Positions 1 through 15,915 are shown, numbered from the stretch's first letter. The stretch: DNA of 64,000 nt from Mytilus trossulus (GCF_036588685.1 NC_086378.1:33728001-33792000), one strand, 5' to 3'. The notes: generated from the sequence alone by a model not told the origin. A program made the numbers and translations.

Positions 1-209
1 TACTAGACTTAGTGTTATGCTATAAGAACTGTACTTAAATGGGATGCGTTAGAGAGAGAAGAAAAGAAGAATCACGGAAGAAGGGACATTTATATTTTAG
101 ACATTTTTTATTTGTTATGTAGTAGAATATATTTTTTTCAATTATGTATGGGGAATAAAGTATTACTAAGATGTACAACAATTTTAGACTCTTTTTGAAA
201 AATATTGGT

Positions 210-225
210 GGCCCTGAAAAGGGCC
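210..225 (-). terminator. Histone 3' stem-loop (SLBP site) of H2A; purine-rich HDE CAAAAAGAG follows
   Basis: GGCCCTTTTCAGGGCC then ACCAA; present in every unit. Confidence 0.97.
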
Positions 226-258
226 GTTGTTAAGTGAGTAATCCGATATATCCACTTT

Positions 259-912
<654 letters not shown>

Positions 913-1287
913 ATGCCACCCAAAGTAGGAACTAAAGGAGCCAAGAAGGCCGTCACCAAGGCAAAGACTGCCAGACCCGGCGGTGATAAGAAAAGGAGGA
1001 GGAAGAGACGTGAATCCTATGCTATCTACATCTACAAAGTCTTGAGACAAGTTCACCCCGACACCGGAGTGTCCTCAAAGGCAATGTCCATCATGAACAG
1101 CTTCGTCAACGATATCTTCGAGAGAATCGCAGCAGAGGCTTCCCGATTGGCACACTACAACAAAAGATCTACCATCACATCCCGGGAGATCCAGACCGCT
1201 GTCCGTCTTCTCTTACCCGGAGAATTGGCCAAGCACGCTGTCAGTGAAGGTACCAAAGCCGTCACTAAATACACCAGCAGCAAGTAA
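913..1287 (+). CDS. H2B: Histone H2B (124 aa; true start ATG at 913)
   Basis: MPPKVGTKG...[11 protein letters not shown]...AVTKYTSSK; the ORF-track start at 865 is a TTG just after the TATA box. Confidence 0.99.
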   Translation: MPPKVGTKGAKKAVTKAKTARPGGDKKRRRKRRESYAIYIYKVLRQVHPDTGVSSKAMSIMNSFVNDIFERIAAEASRLAHYNKRSTITSREIQTAVRLLLPGELAKHAVSEGTKAVTKYTSSK

Positions 1288-1315
1288 ACAGTCTGAAGTT
1301 TATAACTTCACAAAC

Positions 1316-1331
1316 GGCCCTTTTCAGGGCC
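1316..1331 (+). terminator. Histone 3' stem-loop of H2B; HDE CAAAAAGAA follows
   Basis: GGCCCTTTTCAGGGCC then ACCAA. Confidence 0.97.
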
Positions 1332-1743
1332 ACCAACATTTTTCAAAAAGAATTTACATTTGTTGTACATCAATGTCAAACTTCTAAACAAAGCTATAAA
1401 TCCCAACCCCAGCTATAACCACTTTCAAACTATTTCAATAGTATATGGTTACTTTTCTCTTCTTTCTATCTGTATAACAAATATACGTGTATTTCACTCA
1501 TTCTGTAGCATTTAATTTGTCTGTCAAAACTACAAAGCGTAAATACATAAATCATGAAGAACAAAACAGTGCTTTCATTCCAATTAATAGAGTTGATAAA
1601 TTTACGATTTCTTTTGCTTTTCGAGAGAAAAAAAATATTGCGAGAATTATTTTACACGGAAACAAGAACATTACCTAATCTTAAACCACGCAAAAAAAAC
1701 CTCTATAATTGAATATAACAGAATCTACAGATTTTGTGTGTAA

Positions 1744-1801
1744 AAGTCCGTGCATTTTGTTTTGAAATTTTCTCTCTTCATGTAGGCAAATGCACGGACT
1801 T
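1744..1801. repeat. 14-bp perfect inverted repeat with a 30-bp spacer
   Basis: AAGTCCGTGCATTT / AAATGCACGGACTT. Confidence 0.9.
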
Positions 1802-1899
1802 GATCTTTGAACGTATTCATAAACCTTCAGAAATATAAATTCTCAAATAAATACAAGAGTAAGAGTAAGGAAGTTAATTAAAAAGAAAGCCAGATATTT

Positions 1900-1926
1900 A
1901 AAAAAAAAAAGGGGGGGGGGGGGGGG
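1900..1926 (+). repeat. A11-G16 homopolymer junction (G13-16 across copies)
   Basis: Read directly. Confidence 0.95.
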
Positions 1927-2098
1927 TATAACGAGAGAGAGAAAATAGTTGCGGATCAGGATCAGGGAAAACAAGAAAAACGGTTGAAAAATTCATGAAC
2001 ATTAGAGAAAAGAATAGAAGTGGGAGCAAGCTTTGATTTCAAGATTTTGTTTAAAACGATGTACAACAAATCTAAGATTCTTTTTGAAAAATGTTGGT

Positions 2099-2114
2099 GG
2101 CCCTGAAAAGGGCC
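2099..2114 (-). terminator. Histone 3' stem-loop of H4; HDE CAAAAAGAA follows
   Basis: GGCCCTTTTCAGGGCC then ACCAA. Confidence 0.97.
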
Positions 2115-2140
2115 GTTGTTGATATTAGCTGGGTGGCTGT

Positions 2141-2640
<500 letters not shown>

Positions 2641-2977
2641 TTTCATTCTAGGTCTGAAAAATATAATAATTCATATCAGACAGTAAATTTTTAAGAAAAA
2701 ACTATTATTTCAATCGGAATAAAAATGACTGAAGGAGACAAAAAAAGTTCCAAAATGTTGAAAAGTTTTCATTTTAAGATAGAATAGTATGATAAATAAA
2801 TGATAAATGAAAATCACTTTAGACAGTCAAAATTATAAAGATAATTATTTGCTTTCTCTGAACAGACATTTTCATTCAATGACAATACACATTTCAACTT
2901 AATGGAATGGAATTTAGTTGGGGAAAAAATAAACCTCACAGACATATCTAGGAATACTGGTTATCTATTTGTCTATT

Positions 2978-3004
2978 TGATGTATCCAGAAATTGGATAC
3001 ATCA
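2978..3004. repeat. 11-bp perfect hairpin with a 5-nt loop
   Basis: TGATGTATCCA GAAAT TGGATACATCA. Confidence 0.9.
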
Positions 3005-4038
3005 CAGGATTTTACATGCTTGCAGTTTTCTACCTGTCTTTCATAACTCAACATCATCTGTCAAAGCTGTGCTTGCCATCCATCAACGATCTGCTGCAGG
3101 TACTTCAGATCATAAATGGGAGAATGTATGAATAAAACTGTTACTGTTATTACTATTAAAGATTTTTTTTTCTAGGTATTACAGTGAAGAAAAGAGATGC
3201 CCCTGACTGCGGGTAAAACTTCTTATGTGTGCATCTTCCTTTCAATTTTATTTTTAAACGCCATTCTATATTTATCCACAGTATGACGATGACAATTTCA
3301 TCAGCCAATCCAATAAAAATGTTAATGCGCACACATGTACTTACTATTCTGAAGACTTCTTTTAGCCAGAAAAGTTTATAATAAGTCTGAAAACCACTTT
3401 TTATCATATAAAAAAGCTTATAAGTGCAAGATATATGCTTACATGGACTTCCTACATTGAAATTTTGTGGGGACTACTTGGACCCGTACCGAAATTATAT
3501 TAATTTAAATAGAAATTTCATGATTTTGTTAACTAGCAGCAAGACAAGACTCTAAAGTGGACAAAATATATTACTACATACATGATAAAAAAATTCTTTA
3601 CAATTCTGACTGAAAAAGAGCTCTAAATTTTTGATAAAAGTACCCTGTAATATCAGCTTTTCTAAAAGAAATATTCAAATTAATGAATTATACAAGATAT
3701 TTAAACTCTAACTTAAAAAAAAAGGTTATATTTTGGCCAGTTGGTGGTTCTCTTTCTTTGGTCTAGACTACTGGTGTAAATAATACATCAAAAGAAGACA
3801 AGACAAAACAAGCGAAGAAAAGAAAAGAACAGAAGTACAGATAGAAACATTTATATGTTGATCTTTTTTTATATAATGTACTATTTAATATTCTACACAC
3901 AAGGACATACATGTACCATGATAAACAAACACCCCCCTTTTTTTTGTGATGAGACTTGTGTGTATATATATATCATAAAATTTATTTTTTGTCTATGTAT
4001 TGCTTTGCATATAGATGGATTCAACAAGAAGAAATAAA

Positions 4039-4053
4039 AGAGAGAGAGAGAGA
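4039..4053 (+). repeat. (AG)7 microsatellite downstream of H3
   Basis: Read directly; one repeat shorter in unit 2. Confidence 0.9.
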
Positions 4054-4130
4054 TGGGGAAAAGAGGGGTTCGGCTATGTTTCTAATTTTCATGTACAACA
4101 ATTTATAGATTCTTTTTGAAAAATATTGGT

Positions 4131-4146
4131 GGCCCTGAAAAGGGCC
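4131..4146 (-). terminator. Histone 3' stem-loop of H3; HDE CAAAAAGAA follows
   Basis: GGCCCTTTTCAGGGCC then ACCAA. Confidence 0.97.
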
Positions 4147-4175
4147 GTTATGTTTTGGTGAAAAAATCACACTTC

Positions 4176-4785
<610 letters not shown>

Positions 4786-5872
4786 TTTACTGAAAAACTG
4801 CTCAACCCAAGCTGACAGTAAAAATGCCCCCTTTTTTCATTCATAATTACAGTTTCTGATCATCCCTCATAGCTCAACAATAGTAAATTAGTGTCACGGT
4901 TTCAATATGATAAATCTGAAGAAGAAAAATAATAATAATGAAAAAAGGTCAAAATACATGCAGAAACATTAAGGAAAGGAACGAAAAATAAAAACAGGAA
5001 AAAATAAAAATAAAATGCAGTTATAACACAAACAAAGCGAAATAAAAATAAAAAAACAGAAACAAATGGAATTACACATTCCCGACATGACATTGTGCGG
5101 ATCGGCTGAGTTTCTTTATTGTTGTATTATGTCATATTTATGTATATTTAATATAAAAAAAGAAGATGTGGTATGATTTTCATTTGGGCTGGGCACATTT
5201 GTCACATTGTCTGATTGTCGGTGTGCTTACATCAATTCCACATCTTTAATACACAAACAATAACTAAATAAAGACAGAAAGACAGAGAGAGAGATGCTGA
5301 AAAAAATGGAAAAAGGAAAAGAATGGAAAGTACATATCATATATAAAAGTGTTGACGAAAGAGATAATGTTAACAAAAACTATAAATAATTATAATAATA
5401 AAAAAAAACCACACACCTTCTCAGATGAATCTAAGCATGCTCGCATCAATAACCAAGAGAGAGAAAGAAGAGAGCAGACTAGTATTAAATATAAATACTA
5501 TCAGTGGTTTTTTTTCCCCCCGACAAACATTATATGATTTAACTGAGCTACTTGTGGGTTCAAAGAGTCAGAAAGTACGACAATAAATGTTCTGATGAAG
5601 AAGACTGAAAAAGTTACTAGACTTAGTGTTATGCTATAAGAACTGTACTTAAATGGGATGCGTTAGAGAGAGAAGAAAAGAAGAATCACGGAAGAAGGGA
5701 CATTTATATTTTAGACATTTTTTATTTGTTATGTAGTAGAATATATTTTTTTCAATTATGTATGGGGAATAAAGTATTACTAAGATGTACAACAATTTTA
5801 GACTCTTTTTGAAAAATATTGGTGGCCCTGAAAAGGGCCGTTGTTAAGTGAGTAATCCGATATATCCACTTT

Positions 5873-6256
<384 letters not shown>

Positions 6257-6526
6257 CTATTTGGTTGATCGACACTGAGTAAAGTGATACAATTTTTCTT
6301 CAAAATTTAGCTTATATACCCACTAAACGGATTGAACGATGTTTTTATTATACACCAATCAGAACGAAGCTCTCTGCGAGCAGTTAGGCTACCGAACATT
6401 CAACATGTTATGGGTGCTCTCTCCGAGGTTCGCGTTTAATAAAATCTTTCAATCCGTTTTGCCCAGTATATAAACAAATTGAAAATAATTTTTCACCATT
6501 ACTTATTTGATTATCAAACCAGTAAC

Positions 6527-6901
6527 ATGCCACCCAAAGTAGGAACTAAAGGAGCCAAGAAGGCCGTCACCAAGGCAAAGACTGCCAGACCCGGCGGTGA
6601 TAAGAAAAGGAGGAGGAAGAGACGTGAATCCTATGCTATCTACATCTACAAAGTCTTGAGACAAGTTCACCCCGACACCGGAGTGTCCTCAAAGGCAATG
6701 TCCATCATGAACAGCTTCGTCAACGATATCTTCGAGAGAATCGCAGCAGAGGCTTCCCGATTGGCACACTACAACAAAAGATCTACCATCACATCCCGGG
6801 AGATCCAGACCGCTGTCCGTCTTCTCTTACCCGGAGAATTGGCCAAGCACGCTGTCAGTGAAGGTACCAAAGCCGTCACTAAATACACCAGCAGCAAGTA
6901 A
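6527..6901 (+). CDS. H2B: Histone H2B
   Basis: Identical protein. Confidence 0.99.
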   Translation: MPPKVGTKGAKKAVTKAKTARPGGDKKRRRKRRESYAIYIYKVLRQVHPDTGVSSKAMSIMNSFVNDIFERIAAEASRLAHYNKRSTITSREIQTAVRLLLPGELAKHAVSEGTKAVTKYTSSK

Positions 6902-7753
6902 ACAGTCTGAAGTTTATAACTTCACAAACGGCCCTTTTCAGGGCCACCAACATTTTTCAAAAAGAATTTACATTTGTTGTACATCAATGTCAAACTTCTA
7001 AACAAAGCTATAAATCCCAACCCCAGCTATAACCACTTTCAAACTATTTCAATAGTATATGGTTACTTTTCTCTTCTTTCTATCTGTATAACAAATATAC
7101 GTGTATTTCACTCATTCTGTAGCATTTAATTTGTCTGTCAAAACTACAAAGCGTAAATACATAAATCATGAAGAACAAAACAGTGCTTTCATTCCAATTA
7201 ATAGAGTTGATAAATTTACGATTTCTTTTGCTTTTCGAGAGAAAAAAAATATTGCGAGAATTATTTTACACGGAAACAAGAACATTACCTAATCTTAAAC
7301 CACGCAAAAAAAACCTCTATAATTGAATATAACAGAATCTACAGATTTTGTGTGTAAAAGTCCGTGCATTTTGTTTTGAAATTTTCTCTCTTCATGTAGG
7401 CAAATGCACGGACTTGATCTTTGAACGTATTCATAAACCTTCAGAAATATAAATTCTCAAATAAATACAAGAGTAAGAGTAAGGAAGTTAATTAAAAAGA
7501 AAGCCAGATATTTAAAAAAAAAAAGGGGGGGGGGGGGGGTATAACGAGAGAGAGAAAATAGTTGCGGATCAGGATCAGGGAAAACAAGAAAAACGGTTGA
7601 AAAATTCATGAACATTAGAGAAAAGAATAGAAGTGGGAGCAAGCTTTGATTTCAAGATTTTGTTTAAAACGATGTACAACAAATCTAAGATTCTTTTTGA
7701 AAAATGTTGGTGGCCCTGAAAAGGGCCGTTGTTGATATTAGCTGGGTGGCTGT

Positions 7754-8071
<318 letters not shown>

Positions 8072-9786
8072 CTATTTGTGGTGATTAGTTAAATAATACT
8101 TTCCGTCTAACAGCGACTCTTTATATATCACCAACGCGGCCGTAAAAGAAGTATCACACATTTTCAGTTAACTGTTGTCTGATTGGCTTACGTTGTTTTA
8201 TTCCGGGAGGTAACTCTGTACTGCCTTAAACTGTGTACACTTTCAATCCACTTTTTCATTCTAGGTCTGAAAAATATAATAATTCATATCAGACAGTAAA
8301 TTTTTAAGAAAAAACTATTATTTCAATCGGAATAAAAATGACTGAAGGAGACAAAAAAAGTTCCAAAATGTTGAAAAGTTTTCATTTTAAGATAGAATAG
8401 TATGATAAATAAATGATAAATGAAAATCACTTTAGACAGTCAAAATTATAAAGATAATTATTTGCTTTCTCTGAACAGACATTTTCATTCAATGACAATA
8501 CACATTTCAACTTAATGGAATGGAATTTAGTTGGGGAAAAAATAAACCTCACAGACATATCTAGGAATACTGGTTATCTATTTGTCTATTTGATGTATCC
8601 AGAAATTGGATACATCACAGGATTTTACATGCTTGCAGTTTTCTACCTGTCTTTCATAACTCAACATCATCTGTCAAAGCTGTGCTTGCCATCCATCAAC
8701 GATCTGCTGCAGGTACTTCAGATCATAAATGGGAGAATGTATGAATAAAACTGTTACTGTTATTACTATTAAAGATTTTTTTTTCTAGGTATTACAGTGA
8801 AGAAAAGAGATGCCCCTGACTGCGGGTAAAACTTCTTATGTGTGCATCTTCCTTTCAATTTTATTTTTAAACGCCATTCTATATTTATCCACAGTATGAC
8901 GATGACAATTTCATCAGCCAATCCAATAAAAATGTTAATGCGCACACATGTACTTACTATTCTGAAGACTTCTTTTAGCCAGAAAAGTTTATAATAAGTC
9001 TGAAAACCACTTTTTATCATATAAAAAAGCTTATAAGTGCAAGATATATGCTTACATGGACTTCCTACATTGAAATTTTGTGGGGACTACTTGGACCCGT
9101 ACCGAAATTATATTAATTTAAATAGAAATTTCATGATTTTGTTAACTAGCAGCAAGACAAGACTCTAAAGTGGACAAAATATATTACTACATACATGATA
9201 AAAAAATTCTTTACAATTCTGACTGAAAAAGAGCTCTAAATTTTTGATAAAAGTACCCTGTAATATCAGCTTTTCTAAAAGAAATATTCAAATTAATGAA
9301 TTATACAAGATATTTAAACTCTAACTTAAAAAAAAAGGTTATATTTTGGCCAGTTGGTGGTTCTCTTTCTTTGGTCTAGACTACTGGTGTAAATAATACA
9401 TCAAAAGAAGACAAGACAAAACAAGCGAAGAAAAGAAAAGAACAGAAGTACAGATAGAAACATTTATATGTTGATCTTTTTTTATATAATGTACTATTTA
9501 ATATTCTACACACAAGGACATACATGTACCATGATAAACAAACACCCCCCTTTTTTTTGTGATGAGACTTGTGTGTATATATATATCATAAAATTTATTT
9601 TTTGTCTATGTATTGCTTTGCATATAGATGGATTCAACAAGAAGAAATAAAAGAGAGAGAGAGATGGGGAAAAGAGGGGTTCGGCTATGTTTCTAATTTT
9701 CATGTACAACAATTTATAGATTCTTTTTGAAAAATATTGGTGGCCCTGAAAAGGGCCGTTATGTTTTGGTGAAAAAATCACACTTC

Positions 9787-10302
<516 letters not shown>

Positions 10303-11483
10303 TCACCACTTACATAAAGCTGGCGTTGATTGGTCCGCATATCTTAAATCTGATTGGACTGATTTGTAAGGGACTTTGACAGTTTTCAATCCATTTTTTA
10401 CTGAAAAACTGCTCAACCCAAGCTGACAGTAAAAATGCCCCCTTTTTTCATTCATAATTACAGTTTCTGATCATCCCTCATAGCTCAACAATAGTAAATT
10501 AGTGTCACGGTTTCAATATGATAAATCTGAAGAAGAAAAATAATAATAATGAAAAAAGGTCAAAATACATGCAGAAACATTAAGGAAAGGAACGAAAAAT
10601 AAAAACAGGAAAAAATAAAAATAAAATGCAGTTATAACACAAACAAAGCGAAATAAAAATAAAAAAACAGAAACAAATGGAATTACACATTCCCGACATG
10701 ACATTGTGCGGATCGGCTGAGTTTCTTTATTGTTGTATTATGTCATATTTATGTATATTTAATATAAAAAAAGAAGATGTGGTATGATTTTCATTTGGGC
10801 TGGGCACATTTGTCACATTGTCTGATTGTCGGTGTGCTTACATCAATTCCACATCTTTAATACACAAACAATAACTAAATAAAGACAGAAAGACAGAGAG
10901 AGAGATGCTGAAAAAAATGGAAAAAGGAAAAGAATGGAAAGTACATATCATATATAAAAGTGTTGACGAAAGAGATAATGTTAACAAAAACTATAAATAA
11001 TTATAATAATAAAAAAAAACCACACACCTTCTCAGATGAATCTAAGCATGCTCGCATCAATAACCAAGAGAGAGAAAGAAGAGAGCAGACTAGTATTAAA
11101 TATAAATACTATCAGTGGTTTTTTTTCCCCCCGACAAACATTATATGATTTAACTGAGCTACTTGTGGGTTCAAAGAGTCAGAAAGTACGACAATAAATG
11201 TTCTGATGAAGAAGACTGAAAAAGTTACTAGACTTAGTGTTATGCTATAAGAACTGTACTTAAATGGGATGCGTTAGAGAGAGAAGAAAAGAAGAATCAC
11301 GGAAGAAGGGACATTTATATTTTAGACATTTTTTATTTGTTATGTAGTAGAATATATTTTTTTCAATTATGTATGGGGAATAAAGTATTACTAAGATGTA
11401 CAACAATTTTAGACTCTTTTTGAAAAATATTGGTGGCCCTGAAAAGGGCCGTTGTTAAGTGAGTAATCCGATATATCCACTTT

Positions 11484-11867
<384 letters not shown>

Positions 11868-12137
11868 CTATTTGGTTGATCGACACTGAGTAAAGTGATA
11901 CAATTTTTCTTCAAAATTTAGCTTATATACCCACTAAACGGATTGAACGATGTTTTTATTATACACCAATCAGAACGAAGCTCTCTGCGAGCAGTTAGGC
12001 TACCGAACATTCAACATGTTATGGGTGCTCTCTCCGAGGTTCGCGTTTAATAAAATCTTTCAATCCGTTTTGCCCAGTATATAAACAAATTGAAAATAAT
12101 TTTTCACCATTACTTATTTGATTATCAAACCAGTAAC

Positions 12138-12512
12138 ATGCCACCCAAAGTAGGAACTAAAGGAGCCAAGAAGGCCGTCACCAAGGCAAAGACTGCCAGA
12201 CCCGGCGGTGATAAGAAAAGGAGGAGGAAGAGACGTGAATCCTATGCTATCTACATCTACAAAGTCTTGAGACAAGTTCACCCCGACACCGGAGTGTCCT
12301 CAAAGGCAATGTCCATCATGAACAGCTTCGTCAACGATATCTTCGAGAGAATCGCAGCAGAGGCTTCCCGATTGGCACACTACAACAAAAGATCTACCAT
12401 CACATCCCGGGAGATCCAGACCGCTGTCCGTCTTCTCTTACCCGGAGAATTGGCCAAGCACGCTGTCAGTGAAGGTACCAAAGCCGTCACTAAATACACC
12501 AGCAGCAAGTAA
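12138..12512 (+). CDS. H2B: Histone H2B
   Basis: Identical protein. Confidence 0.99.
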   Translation: MPPKVGTKGAKKAVTKAKTARPGGDKKRRRKRRESYAIYIYKVLRQVHPDTGVSSKAMSIMNSFVNDIFERIAAEASRLAHYNKRSTITSREIQTAVRLLLPGELAKHAVSEGTKAVTKYTSSK

Positions 12513-13364
12513 ACAGTCTGAAGTTTATAACTTCACAAACGGCCCTTTTCAGGGCCACCAACATTTTTCAAAAAGAATTTACATTTGTTGTACATCAATG
12601 TCAAACTTCTAAACAAAGCTATAAATCCCAACCCCAGCTATAACCACTTTCAAACTATTTCAATAGTATATGGTTACTTTTCTCTTCTTTCTATCTGTAT
12701 AACAAATATACGTGTATTTCACTCATTCTGTAGCATTTAATTTGTCTGTCAAAACTACAAAGCGTAAATACATAAATCATGAAGAACAAAACAGTGCTTT
12801 CATTCCAATTAATAGAGTTGATAAATTTACGATTTCTTTTGCTTTTCGAGAGAAAAAAAATATTGCGAGAATTATTTTACACGGAAACAAGAACATTACC
12901 TAATCTTAAACCACGCAAAAAAAACCTCTATAATTGAATATAACAGAATCTACAGATTTTGTGTGTAAAAGTCCGTGCATTTTGTTTTGAAATTTTCTCT
13001 CTTCATGTAGGCAAATGCACGGACTTGATCTTTGAACGTATTCATAAACCTTCAGAAATATAAATTCTCAAATAAATACAAGAGTAAGAGTAAGGAAGTT
13101 AATTAAAAAGAAAGCCAGATATTTAAAAAAAAAAAGGGGGGGGGGGGGGGTATAACGAGAGAGAGAAAATAGTTGCGGATCAGGATCAGGGAAAACAAGA
13201 AAAACGGTTGAAAAATTCATGAACATTAGAGAAAAGAATAGAAGTGGGAGCAAGCTTTGATTTCAAGATTTTGTTTAAAACGATGTACAACAAATCTAAG
13301 ATTCTTTTTGAAAAATGTTGGTGGCCCTGAAAAGGGCCGTTGTTGATATTAGCTGGGTGGCTGT

Positions 13365-13682
<318 letters not shown>

Positions 13683-15399
13683 CTATTTGTGGTGATTAGT
13701 TAAATAATACTTTCCGTCTAACAGCGACTCTTTATATATCACCAACGCGGCCGTAAAAGAAGTATCACACATTTTCAGTTAACTGTTGTCTGATTGGCTT
13801 ACGTTGTTTTATTCCGGGAGGTAACTCTGTACTGCCTTAAACTGTGTACACTTTCAATCCACTTTTTCATTCTAGGTCTGAAAAATATAATAATTCATAT
13901 CAGACAGTAAATTTTTAAGAAAAAACTATTATTTCAATCGGAATAAAAATGACTGAAGGAGACAAAAAAAGTTCCAAAATGTTGAAAAGTTTTCATTTTA
14001 AGATAGAATAGTATGATAAATAAATGATAAATGAAAATCACTTTAGACAGTCAAAATTATAAAGATAATTATTTGCTTTCTCTGAACAGACATTTTCATT
14101 CAATGACAATACACATTTCAACTTAATGGAATGGAATTTAGTTGGGGAAAAAATAAACCTCACAGACATATCTAGGAATACTGGTTATCTATTTGTCTAT
14201 TTGATGTATCCAGAAATTGGATACATCACAGGATTTTACATGCTTGCAGTTTTCTACCTGTCTTTCATAACTCAACATCATCTGTCAAAGCTGTGCTTGC
14301 CATCCATCAACGATCTGCTGCAGGTACTTCAGATCATAAATGGGAGAATGTATGAATAAAACTGTTACTGTTATTACTATTAAAGATTTTTTTTTCTAGG
14401 TATTACAGTGAAGAAAAGAGATGCCCCTGACTGCGGGTAAAACTTCTTATGTGTGCATCTTCCTTTCAATTTTATTTTTAAACGCCATTCTATATTTATC
14501 CACAGTATGACGATGACAATTTCATCAGCCAATCCAATAAAAATGTTAATGCGCACACATGTACTTACTATTCTGAAGACTTCTTTTAGCCAGAAAAGTT
14601 TATAATAAGTCTGAAAACCACTTTTTATCATATAAAAAAGCTTATAAGTGCAAGATATATGCTTACATGGACTTCCTACATTGAAATTTTGTGGGGACTA
14701 CTTGGACCCGTACCGAAATTATATTAATTTAAATAGAAATTTCATGATTTTGTTAACTAGCAGCAAGACAAGACTCTAAAGTGGACAAAATATATTACTA
14801 CATACATGATAAAAAAATTCTTTACAATTCTGACTGAAAAAGAGCTCTAAATTTTTGATAAAAGTACCCTGTAATATCAGCTTTTCTAAAAGAAATATTC
14901 AAATTAATGAATTATACAAGATATTTAAACTCTAACTTAAAAAAAAAGGTTATATTTTGGCCAGTTGGTGGTTCTCTTTCTTTGGTCTAGACTACTGGTG
15001 TAAATAATACATCAAAAGAAGACAAGACAAAACAAGCGAAGAAAAGAAAAGAACAGAAGTACAGATAGAAACATTTATATGTTGATCTTTTTTTATATAA
15101 TGTACTATTTAATATTCTACACACAAGGACATACATGTACCATGATAAACAAACACCCCCCTTTTTTTTGTGATGAGACTTGTGTGTATATATATATCAT
15201 AAAATTTATTTTTTGTCTATGTATTGCTTTGCATATAGATGGATTCAACAAGAAGAAATAAAAGAGAGAGAGAGAGATGGGGAAAAGAGGGGTTCGGCTA
15301 TGTTTCTAATTTTCATGTACAACAATTTATAGATTCTTTTTGAAAAATATTGGTGGCCCTGAAAAGGGCCGTTATGTTTTGGTGAAAAAATCACACTTC

Positions 15400-15915
<516 letters not shown>

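Noticed and set aside
107-112. AATAAA poly(A) signals downstream of stem-loops (H2A 107-112, H3 3981-3986, H2B 1846-1851)
   Set aside because: They are expected by chance in very AT-rich spacers and their positions are inconsistent among genes; 3'-end sequencing would be needed.
1505-1801. Possible U7 snRNA (AATTTGTCT at 1514; ATTTTGTG before the 1744 hairpin)
   Set aside because: There is no upstream sequence complementary to the HDE, and the first site lacks a following hairpin.
2902-3407. 77-aa (+) and 83-aa (-) spacer ORFs, and the other 60-63 aa spacer ORFs
   Set aside because: They are short, compositionally biased (F/I/K/Y), several have non-ATG starts, and they show no recognisable homology. 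Identity among units is not evidence of selection.
5539-5570. tRNA/SINE-like A box (TAGCTCAGTT) and B box (GGTTCAAA)
   Set aside because: They are on opposite strands and there is no cloverleaf.
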